Shown piece by piece: positions 25,809 through 37,872 of a DNA stretch of 64,000 bases (position 1 is the stretch's first letter; every line of letters begins with the position of its first letter). Made by a program: the position numbers and the translations under genes. Origin of the DNA: Tubulanus polymorphus (taxonomy: Eukaryota > Animalia > Nemertea); assembly GCF_964204645.1 (NCBI RefSeq), contig NC_134033.1, forward strand, positions 13,710,655-13,774,654, read 5' to 3'. The notes beneath the pieces are model-generated. The model had not been told where the DNA came from. It did no database searches and saw only the letters and a program-made list of their open reading frames with translations.

Positions 25809-28800
25809 ATGGCGGACGCTAAGGGGAATTTTCCCGGATTCTGGGGCCCGACCACCTCCTTAGTCGACTGGTGCGAGAGTAACTATGAGACTACGTATTA
25901 CATTGCCGAATTCTGTAAGTATTAATCGATCAGTGAGTGTATGCATGTCGTCATATACCAGAGGTACGGGTTTGTCATTTAGTACGAGCGATGAGATCGT
26001 GGTCCGAACGCGCGGGGGATGACTCGATCACCTGATGTAAAGCCCGGATCTGTCGGGCCCGGCGATGGAGCCAGGTTAGGCTGCCTCCTAGCAAAGCCAT
26101 ACAGTCCGGCCTGGATATAAATATAGATATATGCAGTTATCAGGCCGGAATTATTATTTTGACATTTGTACATTGTGCTAATTTGTCTTTTATGTGTACA
26201 CACACACGCACACGCACACAAACAAGTGTCATTGATCTACCGATATCTTAGTCACGTGCTGGTGCGTAACAACCACCGGAATCAAAATAATTCACTTAAG
26301 ATCATATATCAAATGGGGTTCGGTTTGTGATTGTTGCCGGTTCCGAAACAAAATCCGATCTGAGTCCTCTTAGGAGCACTTTTTAAACATTGACCTGTAA
26401 TCAGCAATCATGCTATGTCGCCAAGCAAAGACTCGAACGGATAACTAGTATGCCTACCTGCATTCTAAGACTTGGTTAGGCTAAATATATTTCCGGTGCA
26501 ATAACAATTAGGCTAACTGTCCACAGTGATTACGAAAACGTCAGACGAATCTGTTTTGAATGTAGCTTCGCCCGAGACGATACGTGAAAAGTGACAAAAG
26601 ACAAGACTATGTCGACTAACTTGTCTTCTCGTTTGACCCTGTTTTTTTCACACAAAACGGGTTGCAACTTATGGAGTTGACATCGTACTTTTGCTACAGA
26701 CAATCGGATCAATGCTTCAAGCCTTGTGTGTAACACCACACTATAGCGTGTAATGTTTTTTGGAGCAGCCTTTGACCCCTTTTGAAGTACAATCGTGGCT
26801 GGCACTATTTTGTTTGATCGTAAAAGAAATTGTTGTGATCCTGAGGCCCGGTTTCTCGATAGTGACTACCTTTCCATTTTCAATGACTTCACCGATTCAA
26901 TTATGATTAGTTGTAATGTAACAGGAGCCCTGCATAAACTGTAAAACCCGTTTCCATATTGCTATTAATCGATTAAATGTGAATTAATGACGAAATATCG
27001 AGAGGAGTGGAAACACGGGATTTATTGCGACAGTCGGATCCTTTCGTGGAACTCTTGGCCTGTAACAAGTGAATTCGTAATAAACGGGTTTCGTCTAGAC
27101 ATTGACTCTTTTTAGAGTCCATGGTCTAGACATGGACTCATGGATTGAGTCATAGTTTTACATCTTTTATGACATAACAAAATTATTGGTAGACTTACCA
27201 CTGATATGGCGGTTACATAATAATTTGCAAATTTCGTATGATAATTCGAATTTTGTTCATGTATATATAGGTCCATCGCTTGGATATAAAGATATTGCCA
27301 ATTTAGAAAATAATAGACAACATGGAACTATATTTTTTATCGTTTTTAGGGAACACAATCAGCAATCTATTCTACATACTACCCTCACTTATTGCCATTT
27401 CGTTAGCAATAAGGGACAAATTAGAAACAAGATTTCTAGCCTGTTATTTGACGATGTTGCGTAAGTATATGTTTTACCCAATTATTTGAGCTATTTCCAT
27501 CAATCGAACGATTCATCGCAGGGGCGGATCCAGGGGGCTTATGAGACTTGTACAAGTCCGTCAAATTTTTTTGCCCTTTTACATTTTGTCAACAAATATA
27601 ATTGGTGCATTACAGTCCAGTATCGCCCCTAAGATCGTCTTTATGGACATCAAAGTGTCCTTCTGGGATGTGACATGTCCTTCAAAATCGGACCCGCGAT
27701 CCGGCCCTGCATCAACAGTATATTTATATATAAATTAACCATATATAGTTATGGCTGAATATTTTTCATTCCAAATTCAGTGGTTGGAATAGGTTCGTGG
27801 ATGTTCCATATGACTTTGAGATATTCCTCACAGGTATGTACGTGCTTCGCACTTTTTAAAATTCTTAGTGCGGTCTTGTAAATTATATCATCGTAAAAGG
27901 CTTGTCTCTTCTGCAACTGTACGGATGTGCCTCTCTTGCTCCATAAATTGGCCATTTTACATCTCGGGTGCATACTGGAAATGTATTTTCATTTTTACAG
28001 CTTGCTGATGAAATTCCCATGTTGGTTTTGGTCAGCATTTTCATCTATGCGATGTAAGTATACCCCCGACGAATATATACATACAAATTAGTGCATATTA
28101 TTCATAAAAACGACCATCTGTTAGTTTTAATTCGCTTGCATTCTCATCTTTGTATTTAACACACCGACTGTTGATGAGTGTTGACGGAACTAAACCGTCG
28201 ACTGAATATGTACGTTTTCTCTGAATCTATAGTTCCCATTGCCTTTTAGATCTAGGCCCACTGTTAATGCTGTCATTGGAACTGAACTAAAATAGCACTG
28301 CAATATAGATACATAATGATGTATGATTGTATGATAGGCGTACAGTTTATGTAACAGCTTGTAAATGCTAGTCGATAAACATGGTTTACTGCGTTTCAAA
28401 CCATCCACAGACATCATTTGTTTCGCTATCAGAACTGTCTGCGTCGGTGATTAAGTCAGTTCAAAAGTTCGCTTCAATAATCTTTCCATTCTTTATTATG
28501 GCCACATGAAGAATTATTTCAAATCAATTACAATAAAATAGTCCTTAATAATGTTTCGATTGGGACCAATGAAAAACATAGCATTATAACGAACTTGGCA
28601 TTTGAAAGACTAGTATTCTAGTTCGATTGTGCAAATTTGTTCTCTGGAAAGTGTTGGCGTTGAGCAGTGGTAATAAAAAGGATGGCAGCTAGTAAATGCT
28701 AATATAACTGTTTGATGGGCTCCACATTTACGATTGAAATTTAACCATCATTTTCAAGGGCGACAACATCATCATCTCGTAAAGAAGTTAATCTGGTCGT

Positions 28801-30997
28801 TTTACTGGGCCTTCTACTATCGGTGTCGGCCTCGGCCATTGTAAGTATTCTACATCAATTACATGCTTAGAAATTATATTGGCAACAATATGAATTCAAG
28901 AATAGCAGCTCGAATACAGCTCAAATATATCACAACTTAAAAAATGGTTCCTCCCACGGGTTGGGTATGTGACAGTTTGAATTTTTTGAAATGTGTTACT
29001 AATTATAAGTTCATTAATTCTAAAAATGTATCGCGTCGCTTGGTAAGATATATAATGTATTATTTGATATATAAGTTAGAAATAGTTGATCTTTAACCTT
29101 TTTCGAATTCATTTACATACATTAACACATTTAACAAAATGCAGTTGAATCCTTAAAAGCGCCAAAAAGCATTGCATTTTAGGAAAATTCGGTAAAGCAT
29201 ACTTTCTCTCATTTCAGGTTTATATGATTATAAGGGAGCCGTTGATTTTTCAAATAACGTTTGGTGTTCTGGCTATGTTGCTCATTGTTATGGGTCGAAT
29301 TCTTTTCAAGTAAGTATGCGAAAAATTTATGTCAGATTACAAGAGTAAGGTAAGTGTTGCTGAAAGGTTGTTGAATTTCAACCATGCTACAAGAGAGCTT
29401 TGATCATTCTTTAACCAGTTTAAAACGCTACTGTTTATATTTTACTTTGACAATATTCGCAAATTGCTAAAAGGCAGAAGAGACTCACGTACAGAATTCT
29501 TCATTCGTCAGTAATTTTTTCGTTTCTTATTTTATAGCCAAAAACATATGCAGAACATCGACAAAACCCTGTTTTACAAAGCTTTTATTTTGATGCTGGT
29601 CGCATTTTGTTTGTGGATTATAGACACTGCTGCTTGTAGTAAATTGAGGTAATTATACACACGCACCAAGATTATTTACCTTTCAAAAACTACAATCTCC
29701 GATCCACTTACGGCATCATATACGCATTTGATTTTGTAAGCGGCTGCCATCTGGCTGTACCCGCCATGGCTGGCGAACTTCGTAGAATCTTCCATTGTCA
29801 CAGTATCATTGTCGATTGTTGATTATATCCTTTTTTTTAATTCAGGACACTCCGTACTCACATATTCCCGGCGGTCAGACCGATCACTCAGCTCCACACG
29901 TGCTGGCACATTCTGAGCTCATACGCTGGATTTACGACAATAGCATTTTTGTAAGTTTTTACCGATTATTTACGTCGAATCAATGTTTGTAGTTCATTTG
30001 ATCGTTACAAAAAAGTGTCTCCAGTGACATCAGGTAAAGTGTGGAAGAATGTTGGAAGTATCCGTACCCCTAACAATGGGATGGGGGTCCATGCAGCTGG
30101 TTGATACCTGTATTCATTCTGAGTTATTTGCTGTATTGAGCTGAACTTAATACCGTTACCGAGGTATAAACCAAAACTACATCTCATTTCAGAGTATACG
30201 CTAGGGCTAGTCACCTTGGAAATAAACACCATATTTTAGTAAGTATAGTTATCTGCTTTCGCATATCAGTCTGGAAGGACTATAGTCATTATTGAGTTAA
30301 CACTAGAGTTAGGGTCTATGTAACTTACGAGGTCAGTTGCTGAATATTTGGTTAACTTTAACCAGTTGTGAGCTCAACGACTGAACATCCCTAACGAGTC
30401 GCTAAATTGTCTTGTTCAAACAAACGTTTAGAGAAACCGTTAGCTAACGACTCTTGCGCAACCAGCTCATCTTCGTATATTCTGACGATTTTAGATACAG
30501 CTGAGGAGAGAATATCACAATGATAATAAAAAGTCCGAAAATGAAACTTCGAGATAGTAGTTTATTCAACGTTCCGACTATATCCTAATAGTCATCTTCA
30601 GGAATAATGAGATACTACAGAAATTATGAGATATATATACAATCCAGGGACAAAGAGACTAATTCAAGTAATCAGAGATGATACAAACTAAAGGAAAATT
30701 AACGTAGAAACAGTTACACGCTAAAATAGATTAAAGGGAAGCAAACTAAGGGGTGATTATAAACAACAATAGTGAAGATGACTATTAGGATATAGTCGAA
30801 ACGTTGAATAAACTACTATCTCGAAGTTTCATTTTCGGACTTTTTATTATCATTGTGGGATTCTCTCCTCATCGCGTCAACACGGATATTGTGTTTTACC
30901 TATCGTGATTAGATACAGCTACTCTTCTTATTTTCAGTCAATAATGGGATTCCCATTTGTCAGATGCCAACAGAACAGTAACGTGCAGAATTACTGA
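25809..30997 (+). CDS. ACER3: Alkaline ceramidase 3-like (CREST superfamily), 10 coding exons, ~272 aa
   Basis: Exons 25809-25914, 27350-27460, 27781-27833, 28001-28053, 28759-28840, 29218-29309, 29538-29648, 29846-29950, 30193-30238, 30938-30997 (819 nt, GT-AG, phases consistent). Motifs GFWGPTTSLVDWCESNY..YIAEFWNTISN, VGIGSWMFHMTL (SxxxH), LADEIPM, LWIID and QLHTCWH (HxxxH) are intact. Confidence 0.95.
30491..30920. mobile_element. Fold-back Penelope-like remnant with minimal hammerhead motifs, in the last ACER3 intron
   Basis: ~100-bp inverted arms at 30502-30600 and 30773-30871. 12-bp flanking direct repeat ttagatacagct (30491-502 and 30909-920). The arms contain (c)tgaaga-t-gactat...atagtc-g(a/g)aacgtt-gaataa. 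Confidence 0.75.
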
Positions 30998-31640
30998 TGA
31001 TAAATGAATGTTTAAAGAATTTTGTTTTCTATGTTGTAACCATAACACAATTTTATTTCGTCTAATACACGTTTTATTTGTAACAATACATTTGTGTGCT
31101 GAGTTGTTTTCAAAGAATTTCTTAAATCATTCTGAATGAATTTTCCTGCAAATTGTCATCACCCAAAATTGAACGGAGCACGAATTTTCTTTCATCGAGT
31201 TATGATAATTACAATCATAAAGGTAGGATTTTCTTCTGAGGAAACCTCACGCGGCGTAACACATGAAGGATGAGACAGATCGTTCACAAATATCTTGATT
31301 TATAGATACACTGTACTGTACAAACAGGACATTTTCCACAGTCAAAAACGAAAAGGAAAACTCGTTTTTCATTAAGCGAACGTCTAGATGATTACATATT
31401 ATATAGTATACCTTCAGTAATCGTAATCTATCGACTAGTTGCAAGTGATAATCGAAAACGACTTCATCCTAATTGTAGCTATCGTCTTGGAACTAGGCAT
31501 AACGACACTCAATCGGGTCGTTCAGTATTTTCGGTCTAATTATTGTTTTAACTTTATTTTGTGACATTCGGTTATAATTTAAAAATAGTCGATATACTAC
31601 GAGAAATGATCGGTATGTTCACTGCAAGTGTATTTATTTC

Positions 31641-34130
31641 TTAAGGTTTCTTGCATTCTGCCGCTGGCGGACATGTCAATGTCGCCGATATCACTGACGG
31701 CACTTCTTTCTCGACTTTCTTCCAATCGGATACTTCGTAGTAGTTGGCGCTCGAGGGTTGAGTCGCCACCTTTTTCAATTGTTCCCTGAATTCGGCCAGC
31801 TTTTCCCCGATTCCCATGGCGAAGATGCGAGCCTCTTTTTTCATCTTGTCTGCTTCCGCAAACAATGACTCTACGGCCTTCTTTTTGACATCGGCACTGT
31901 CCCCTTTGAATATCTGACCATCAGCGATCATTACTACCGTATTGGGGACGTCTGAACGACCTTTCGGAAGCATCTGCAGTAAAGAAATGCCGCATTAAAG
32001 TGGATGTTAAGTCCAAAATGAGTCCCGGGCCTATGTTAACAATTCAAAACAATCTCAAGATTCTTTAGGCCATTTTAAACTTTAACAACTGGTATTTACC
32101 TTCTCCCGGACGTTTTTCAGGGCAGTGTCGGTATGTGTTTGACCGTGATGCACGTTTGCTTCACCTATTTTCTTGACGACATCGTCCACGGTTTTCTTGT
32201 CTTTCAGGTCAATCATCTGCTGAACTATTTTCTGTTCCGCTGCGCCCGAATACATATAAACTCCGACCTGGACACAAGAAAAACAAAGTAGTTTACGAGA
32301 CGAGCCATACAGTAGTTTTGATACTAATGATGAATCAAGACGCAATTACTTAATTTGGCAAAAGAGTTAGATCTGACAACTTTAGAACTTGGTGCCATCC
32401 GCAGACCAAAGGATGTACGCCTTAGATTTATGATTTTTGAAGTAACTGAGAATAAGAAGATTATTATCTAAAGTAGCAGTTGTTGATCGTAATCTGGCCC
32501 CAATTCCTGCTCTTACTCGCGAGATGATATGAAACGCGTCGAAGGCAGGGTTTGGCTTATAAGAATCCCTTAGTCTAGACATCGCAAAATCAAATAAATT
32601 TGGAGAAATACTTATTCCCCAAAATGACGTCATGAAAATGCGCGGTCCGTCGTGCTGTGGTCTCAAGTATGCCGAAAATAAGTAATTAGCCACAGGGCCC
32701 GGTTTTATAGACCGGTATTACCTTTAACCCGGGGGCTTACTCAATTGAAAATGAATTAATTCATCCCCCGGGTTAAAGGTTATAGTTCAGCCAGCCCAGG
32801 TGACTTACTCTGTAAATCGGTTTATCTGATGACCCCGTTGGAAGGGCCAGTGTTTTGACGATCTCCTGTGCAGCCTTCTTCACGACTGCGACTCGCTCCC
32901 CTTCTTTCATACTGCCGCTTTGATCTAACATTAGAACAATATCAGTGGGCGACTTGCATACTGGAATTATAGAAATACAACGTGTACGAATCTAATAAAA
33001 CTACATTTTTAATCAATTATGATAATAATAGTAATAATCTGTAAATTTGTACAGCGCCTGTTTCATCATCCTCCCCCGGCAGGGATTCGAACCTGATGGC
33101 ATCCAGATTGCCACGGCACGAAACCCTGCCATAATCGACCGTGTGCGCAGATACATGCGCAGTTCAGATGATGTGATTTTTAGCCAATCAGAAATCCCGT
33201 TTTATTTTAGCCCGGGTTTTCCCATTTATAGTTCTTCCTTGAAATTTGCCTCAACGATTATACAACGAGCAATCTGATTGGTGCCGCCAGTTTTCGTTCG
33301 GAAAGCTGCGCATGTACCTGCGCACCGGTCTACTGATGCAGGGGTTCGTGCCGTGGCTGAGTGTAGCGATGCCATCAGGTTCGAGTCCCTGCAGAGGGAG
33401 GATGCTGTTTCATTAAGAAAAGGTTCACCAGCGTTTTTGTTTGGTAGTTCAACTGCATCAGTTTCAGACTATGTTCAAATCGTCAATTTTCCAAATGTGT
33501 GAGTCCAGAGTTTCACTTAGATGAGACAATAGATTGGAAGCAAAGTCGTCGAATATGTATTTAGACGGTATTGATGAGAGGACAGTGAGAACATTGTCAG
33601 AACTTGATCTGAGTGGACGGGCGCTGCGTACACAGGGAACTATCAAATCATATCATATCAATGAATGAATTACCTAACTGAATTAAGACTGATAGTGATA
33701 CACTATTGTATCAATCATGAAAGTAACCACAATTCAAATCTTTATCTTTATTTCTAAGTTGATATTCAATTTTTTGCTTTTCCGGCGTCTGCCAGAAATA
33801 AGTATTGCAGGTAAGGCATAAATATTTATGAACGAAATTTTTTCTCGCATTCAATAATTCGCAATGTTGCTAGAAACTCTTGATTTCGAATAAAGTTTGA
33901 TCGTTAAATTTCAGAAGAATGCATTTTTCATTGAAATATAAAAAATCATAACTGGGAAAACACTGCGCTTGACGCGGCCCTCTGCTCAAAAATTCTGCAT
34001 CCGCCCCTGGGGACGTATATTTATGTTTATCCTTACCCGGTTTAGTGGAGTCTGCCGACTGAGTCTGCGAACTGAAACCTAGTATCAACACGGTACCCAG
34101 TACCAAACACAACCATTTTTGGTCAGCCAT
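31641..34130 (-). CDS. Secreted single von Willebrand factor A (VWA) domain protein, ~248 aa
   Basis: Coding exons 34130-34037 (signal peptide MADQKWLCLVLGTVLILGFSSQTQS), 32960-32809, 32267-32100, 31973-31641; 747 nt. Complete MIDAS: DIVLMLDQSGS (DxSxS), GQTHT, VVMIADG; also RIFAMGIG. A probable non-coding first exon has its donor at ~34667. Confidence 0.92.
32695..32800. mobile_element. Small hairpin-type MITE
   Basis: Internal inverted repeat cctttaacccggggg / cccccgggttaaagg. Confidence 0.5.
33067..33404. mobile_element. MITE with long (~110 bp) imperfect TIRs in VWA-gene intron
   Basis: catcctccc..gcagggattcgaacctgatggcatc..gccacggcacgaaaccctgc..tgcgcag.tacatgcgcag and its inverse at 33300-33404. 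Terminal fragments of the same family occur at ~57478-57520 and ~63578-63620. Confidence 0.85.
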
Positions 34131-35689
34131 ATTTATCTGAAGAACGAAACGGATTTATTAACTCCTGAAAGTATTTTCATTGGTTTGAAACCTAGCAATC
34201 TTTCCTCCCAACTGTAGGCCTACCCCGCAAACGAAATCATTATCATTATTACTCGTTTATTTCGGAGGCATAGTAACATTAAACAGTAGAAAAATAAACA
34301 CATAAAAACAGAAAGACAGTATATCACAGAAAAAGAAAACCACAGAGCAAAATCACCCTGAACATCAGTCCGCAAATAATCAACACAACTTTTATGAGAC
34401 AAATATGAGACAATGATATTTTCTCGGTAAATGTGATGTCTACAGAAAATACAAAAAATTGATTCACTCACGAATGATGGCAAATAAGTATAGAATGAAG
34501 GGTAACGCATTATAATGACGAATTTACTCAGACTGATGCGAAACGAAGTAATAATCATAGATGAACTTATCAAATTGTTATTGTGATACATCAGGGAAAA
34601 ACTCAAACGTAAAAAGCTGGAAAGAAATTATTTTCAAAACTCACTAATTTCAAAACACTTGCTTACCACACGAAGTATGGAGTTGAGATGTTGTCGGTAT
34701 CGTCGCCAAAAACCAAGTGATCATTCGACTTACATTAATTGGTGTTCCGATCGCGATATTTTTGCCAGATGTTTAACTTGTAATCGAATATCGGTTTCAA
34801 TTGCAAACAAACCAATTAAAACATCCTTAAAGTACGTACGAGTTACGTGTACGAAAAAAAGACATTTGAACTGTATCGAGAAGGTCGAATTGAATCAGCA
34901 TTTTCCCGGTCATATTCGTTCAAAAATACTTTCCAGGTCGCCAGTCCCGTTATTGAAACCTTCAGGAAAGCGTTGACTTTTCAGGTTTTTCAGGTTTTTC
35001 ATCGAGGAGGGACGATTTTGTTTTCGTTTGTTAACACAATAATAAAACCTTAAAAAGTAACCAATTAACGGATTTCGCGAGAACTTCCGTTGAAAGTATC
35101 GATAATAACGAGCACGCAGATGGATTTCATCGAATCGAGTGTTTTACACTTTAATGAGCGTATTCGCAATTGATATGAAACGTCGATCACCAAACCGAAC
35201 TAAGGAGGATGTGAGTTGTCAACACGCTCCTGGTAAAAATGCTTGTGGCCAAATCAACTAAATTCAAGAACCTTTTTAATGTATTTAAAATCCTTACGAC
35301 CGAGGCATACGGAGTATAAAAATAAAGTCTAATAGGTTAACAATGATGATAGACAAATCATGAAAATTTGAAAATGCACAATTCAGTTATCTTCAACATG
35401 CCAGAGTTCAAGAAGGTCGACATTGAAACCTTAACAGTAATATTTGGTTGGCTCAAGAACCCAATTTGCTGCCAAAACACTGTTTAGTAAAAGAAAAAGT
35501 TCGCGGAAATACTGTCAGAATGCACCTACGTACGTTAATCGTGAATCGCAGGGTTTAGGGTCTGGAGGGTCCAAAGGGTTAGCACACTGTCTTTCTCACA
35601 TTTAAGATTTCTGTAATTTCTCCACGTTCTTCAGAAGTCATTAGAGCAAATATTTGCTCAAAGTGACATTGATTGTCCTCACGATACGA

Positions 35690-37170
35690 TATGAGGGGCC
35701 GATGATTTTTCCAATAATGTTTGGTGTTCTGGCTGTGTTGCTGATTGTAATCAACAGGGGGAATGTTTTTAAGAAAGTACATGTATAACGAAAAATGTAT
35801 GTGTAAGTACAGGGGTAAGTGTTGCTGAAAGGTTGATAAATTTCAACCATATACTACAAGAGAGTTATGCAGAATCGCGTACTTTTGTTGGGTCAGCAAT
35901 TTTCCGTTTTCTATTTTGTAGCCAAAAACATAAGCAGAGCATCGACAAAAAGTGTTTTAAAGAGGTTCGCGGGCATTCACTCATACCAGAACTGAGAAAT
36001 CACTACATATGCATTACTGCTGAATGAAAACATTGTCAAAAATGTATTCTACAGTCTTTAACATGCCTTGAATATCTTGATGACACGAAGAACCAAGGCT
36101 GGCTGGTCCTGTGTCCATTTCTCACACAAAACCATATCCAATGTATTTTGTCAAACGAATTTACTCGTCACTGATTAAGACCTTGAGATAATATTTCAAA
36201 ATAATGACCAAATTCTTGACCCCCAGCACCGGTAAGTCCGAACCCCAATAAAATGAAAAAGAACGACAAGAAGACAAACCGACACCCGCCTGAACAGTTT
36301 TCATTTCATTTTCTATTGAGCAAGAACTAATTTTCAGCCTTAATTTCATTTTACCGGGTCTCTAAGCCTTAGATTTTTGCACCTAGTCGGATGTCGGTTT
36401 CAGATGCCATAGATGAGTACAACCTAATAACGCCAATGAATACCCGCCTTATTTTCAGTCAACAATGGGATTCCCATTCGTCAGATGCCAACAGAACAGT
36501 AACGTGCAGAAATAATACATTTTTGCCAGATTTTTTACTTGTTCGAATTTTAGATGTATTCGAATATCGGTTTTATCCAATAACTACCACCAGTAAATGC
36601 AAACAAACCGATTATGATAACACGCTCAAAATACGTGCGAGTTACGTGTAACGATATAAAGACAATGAATCTTAGTGGTCGAGTTGTCATCGGCATCTTC
36701 CGAGTCGTATTCATTCAAAAATACTTTCCCGATCGTCAGTCCGTTTCTTTTCATTGATGAGGGATACTTTTCGTTTGTTTAAAGAATAACAAAAAATTAC
36801 AAACCAATTATCGATAAAAATGGTCTACGTAGACCTTGACCTCAAAAACGTACGCAGCTGGATTTCGTCGAATCGAATGTTTTACAAATGAGCGTTAAAT
36901 TCCACTCATGAATTTCCAACGAGACAAATCCCACCAATGAATTTAGCCAAAGATGAAAAGTTCTTGAATAGAAGTGTATATATGGATATACTTGGAGCAA
37001 CGTTTCGGCTAAAGACTAGTAGCCATGCTCCAAATATATTGTGTATGTATCATCTCGACTTATGTGTTGTCAACGTTCTCCTGGTAAAAATGCTTGCGGT
37101 CAAATCGTGCAAATTTGGTTATCTTAAAATGCACAATTGATAGTTTCCTTCAACTTACCAAAACATCAAG
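35690..37170 (+). pseudogene. Decayed partial duplicate of ACER3 exons 6/7/10 plus duplicated VWA-upstream region
   Basis: 35690-35960 resembles ACER3 exon 6, intron 6 and the start of exon 7 (tttggtgttctggct.tgttgct.attgt; gtaagtgttgctgaaaggttg; agccaaaaacata.gcaga.catcgacaaaa). 36448-36512 is near-identical to exon 10 (attttcagtcaa.aatgggattcccatt.gtcagatgccaacagaacagtaacgtgcagaa). 36520-37170 is a diverged copy of 34760-35410. Confidence 0.85.
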
Positions 37171-37178
37171 ACGTTCCT

Positions 37179-37428
37179 CAAGAGACGACTGTAGTGAACT
37201 TATATAAATCTCAGCATAATTGACGAATAAAAAACCCACAGTAGATTTGAAGAAACAGTTTATTTCCTAGCAGTTTCGAGGTTAAAAATAAACCTCATCT
37301 TCAGAGGAACAAAAAATACAATATAGTATTTTTTGGTCCTCTGAAGATGAGGTTTAGTTTAACCTCGAAACTATTAGGAAATAAACTGTTTCTACAAATA
37401 TACTGTGGGTTTTTATTCCCCAAGAGAC
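37179..37428. mobile_element. Palindromic Penelope-like remnant with two opposed minimal hammerhead motifs
   Basis: Imperfect palindrome 37225-37418. Each arm reads tcct-ctgaaga-t-gaggtt..aacctc-gaaact.(t/c)t-agga. Flanked by 8-bp direct repeat caagagac (37179-86 and 37421-28). Confidence 0.75.
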
Positions 37429-37451
37429 CTTGTAGCAAGTAATGTAAGATG

Positions 37452-37743
37452 GGAGTCAAAATAAACCCACTCAACTGTCAGGGATAAATTCACTCAACTG
37501 TGGAACTAGACCCAGAGTCTAATGAAACCCACAAGACTCAGGAACTGGATTCACGAGTCAAATTAAACCCACACAACGGTGGAACTAGACCCAGGGTCCA
37601 ATGAAACCCACAAAACTGTGGAACTGGATGCACAAGTCAAATTTAACCCACACAACGGTGGAACTGGATTCACGAGTCAAAATAAACCCTCTCAACTGTC
37701 AGGGACAAATCTAACACAAACCGCGGAAACTGGATCAAGAGTC
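37452..37743. repeat. Minisatellite, ~39-40-bp units with ~79-bp higher-order period
   Basis: Recurrent gtggaact(a/g)ga...gagtc(a)aa..aaacccac units alternating between two subtypes. Confidence 0.85.
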
Positions 37744-37793
37744 GTTTGGCCCGTCACCACCACGAGTTTCTCAAGTATATAGTCGAATAATAT

Positions 37794-37872
37794 TCTTATA
37801 TCAGCAACGAGTTTTGTATATCCGAGTATATATTATATACTCGGATATACAAAACTCGTTGCTGATATAAGA
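37794..37872. repeat. Perfect 79-bp palindrome (39-bp arms, 1-nt spacer)
   Basis: tcttatatcagcaacgagttttgtatatccgagtatata-t-tatatactcggatatacaaaactcgttgctgatataaga. Confidence 0.95.

Noticed and set aside
25980-26150. GC-rich hairpins in ACER3 intron 1 as a snoRNA or ribozyme
   Set aside because: No convincing C/D or H/ACA boxes or ribozyme core could be assigned by eye.
33067-33404. tRNA gene suggested by ggttcgagtccc / gggattcgaacc
   Set aside because: No cloverleaf or A-box; the motif is part of MITE inverted repeats. Other isolated B-box-like motifs (~15695, 23466, 45735, 60417) also lack tRNA structure.
37452-37743. CRISPR-like repeat array
   Set aside because: Units are contiguous degenerate tandem repeats without unique spacers; the context is eukaryotic with no cas genes.
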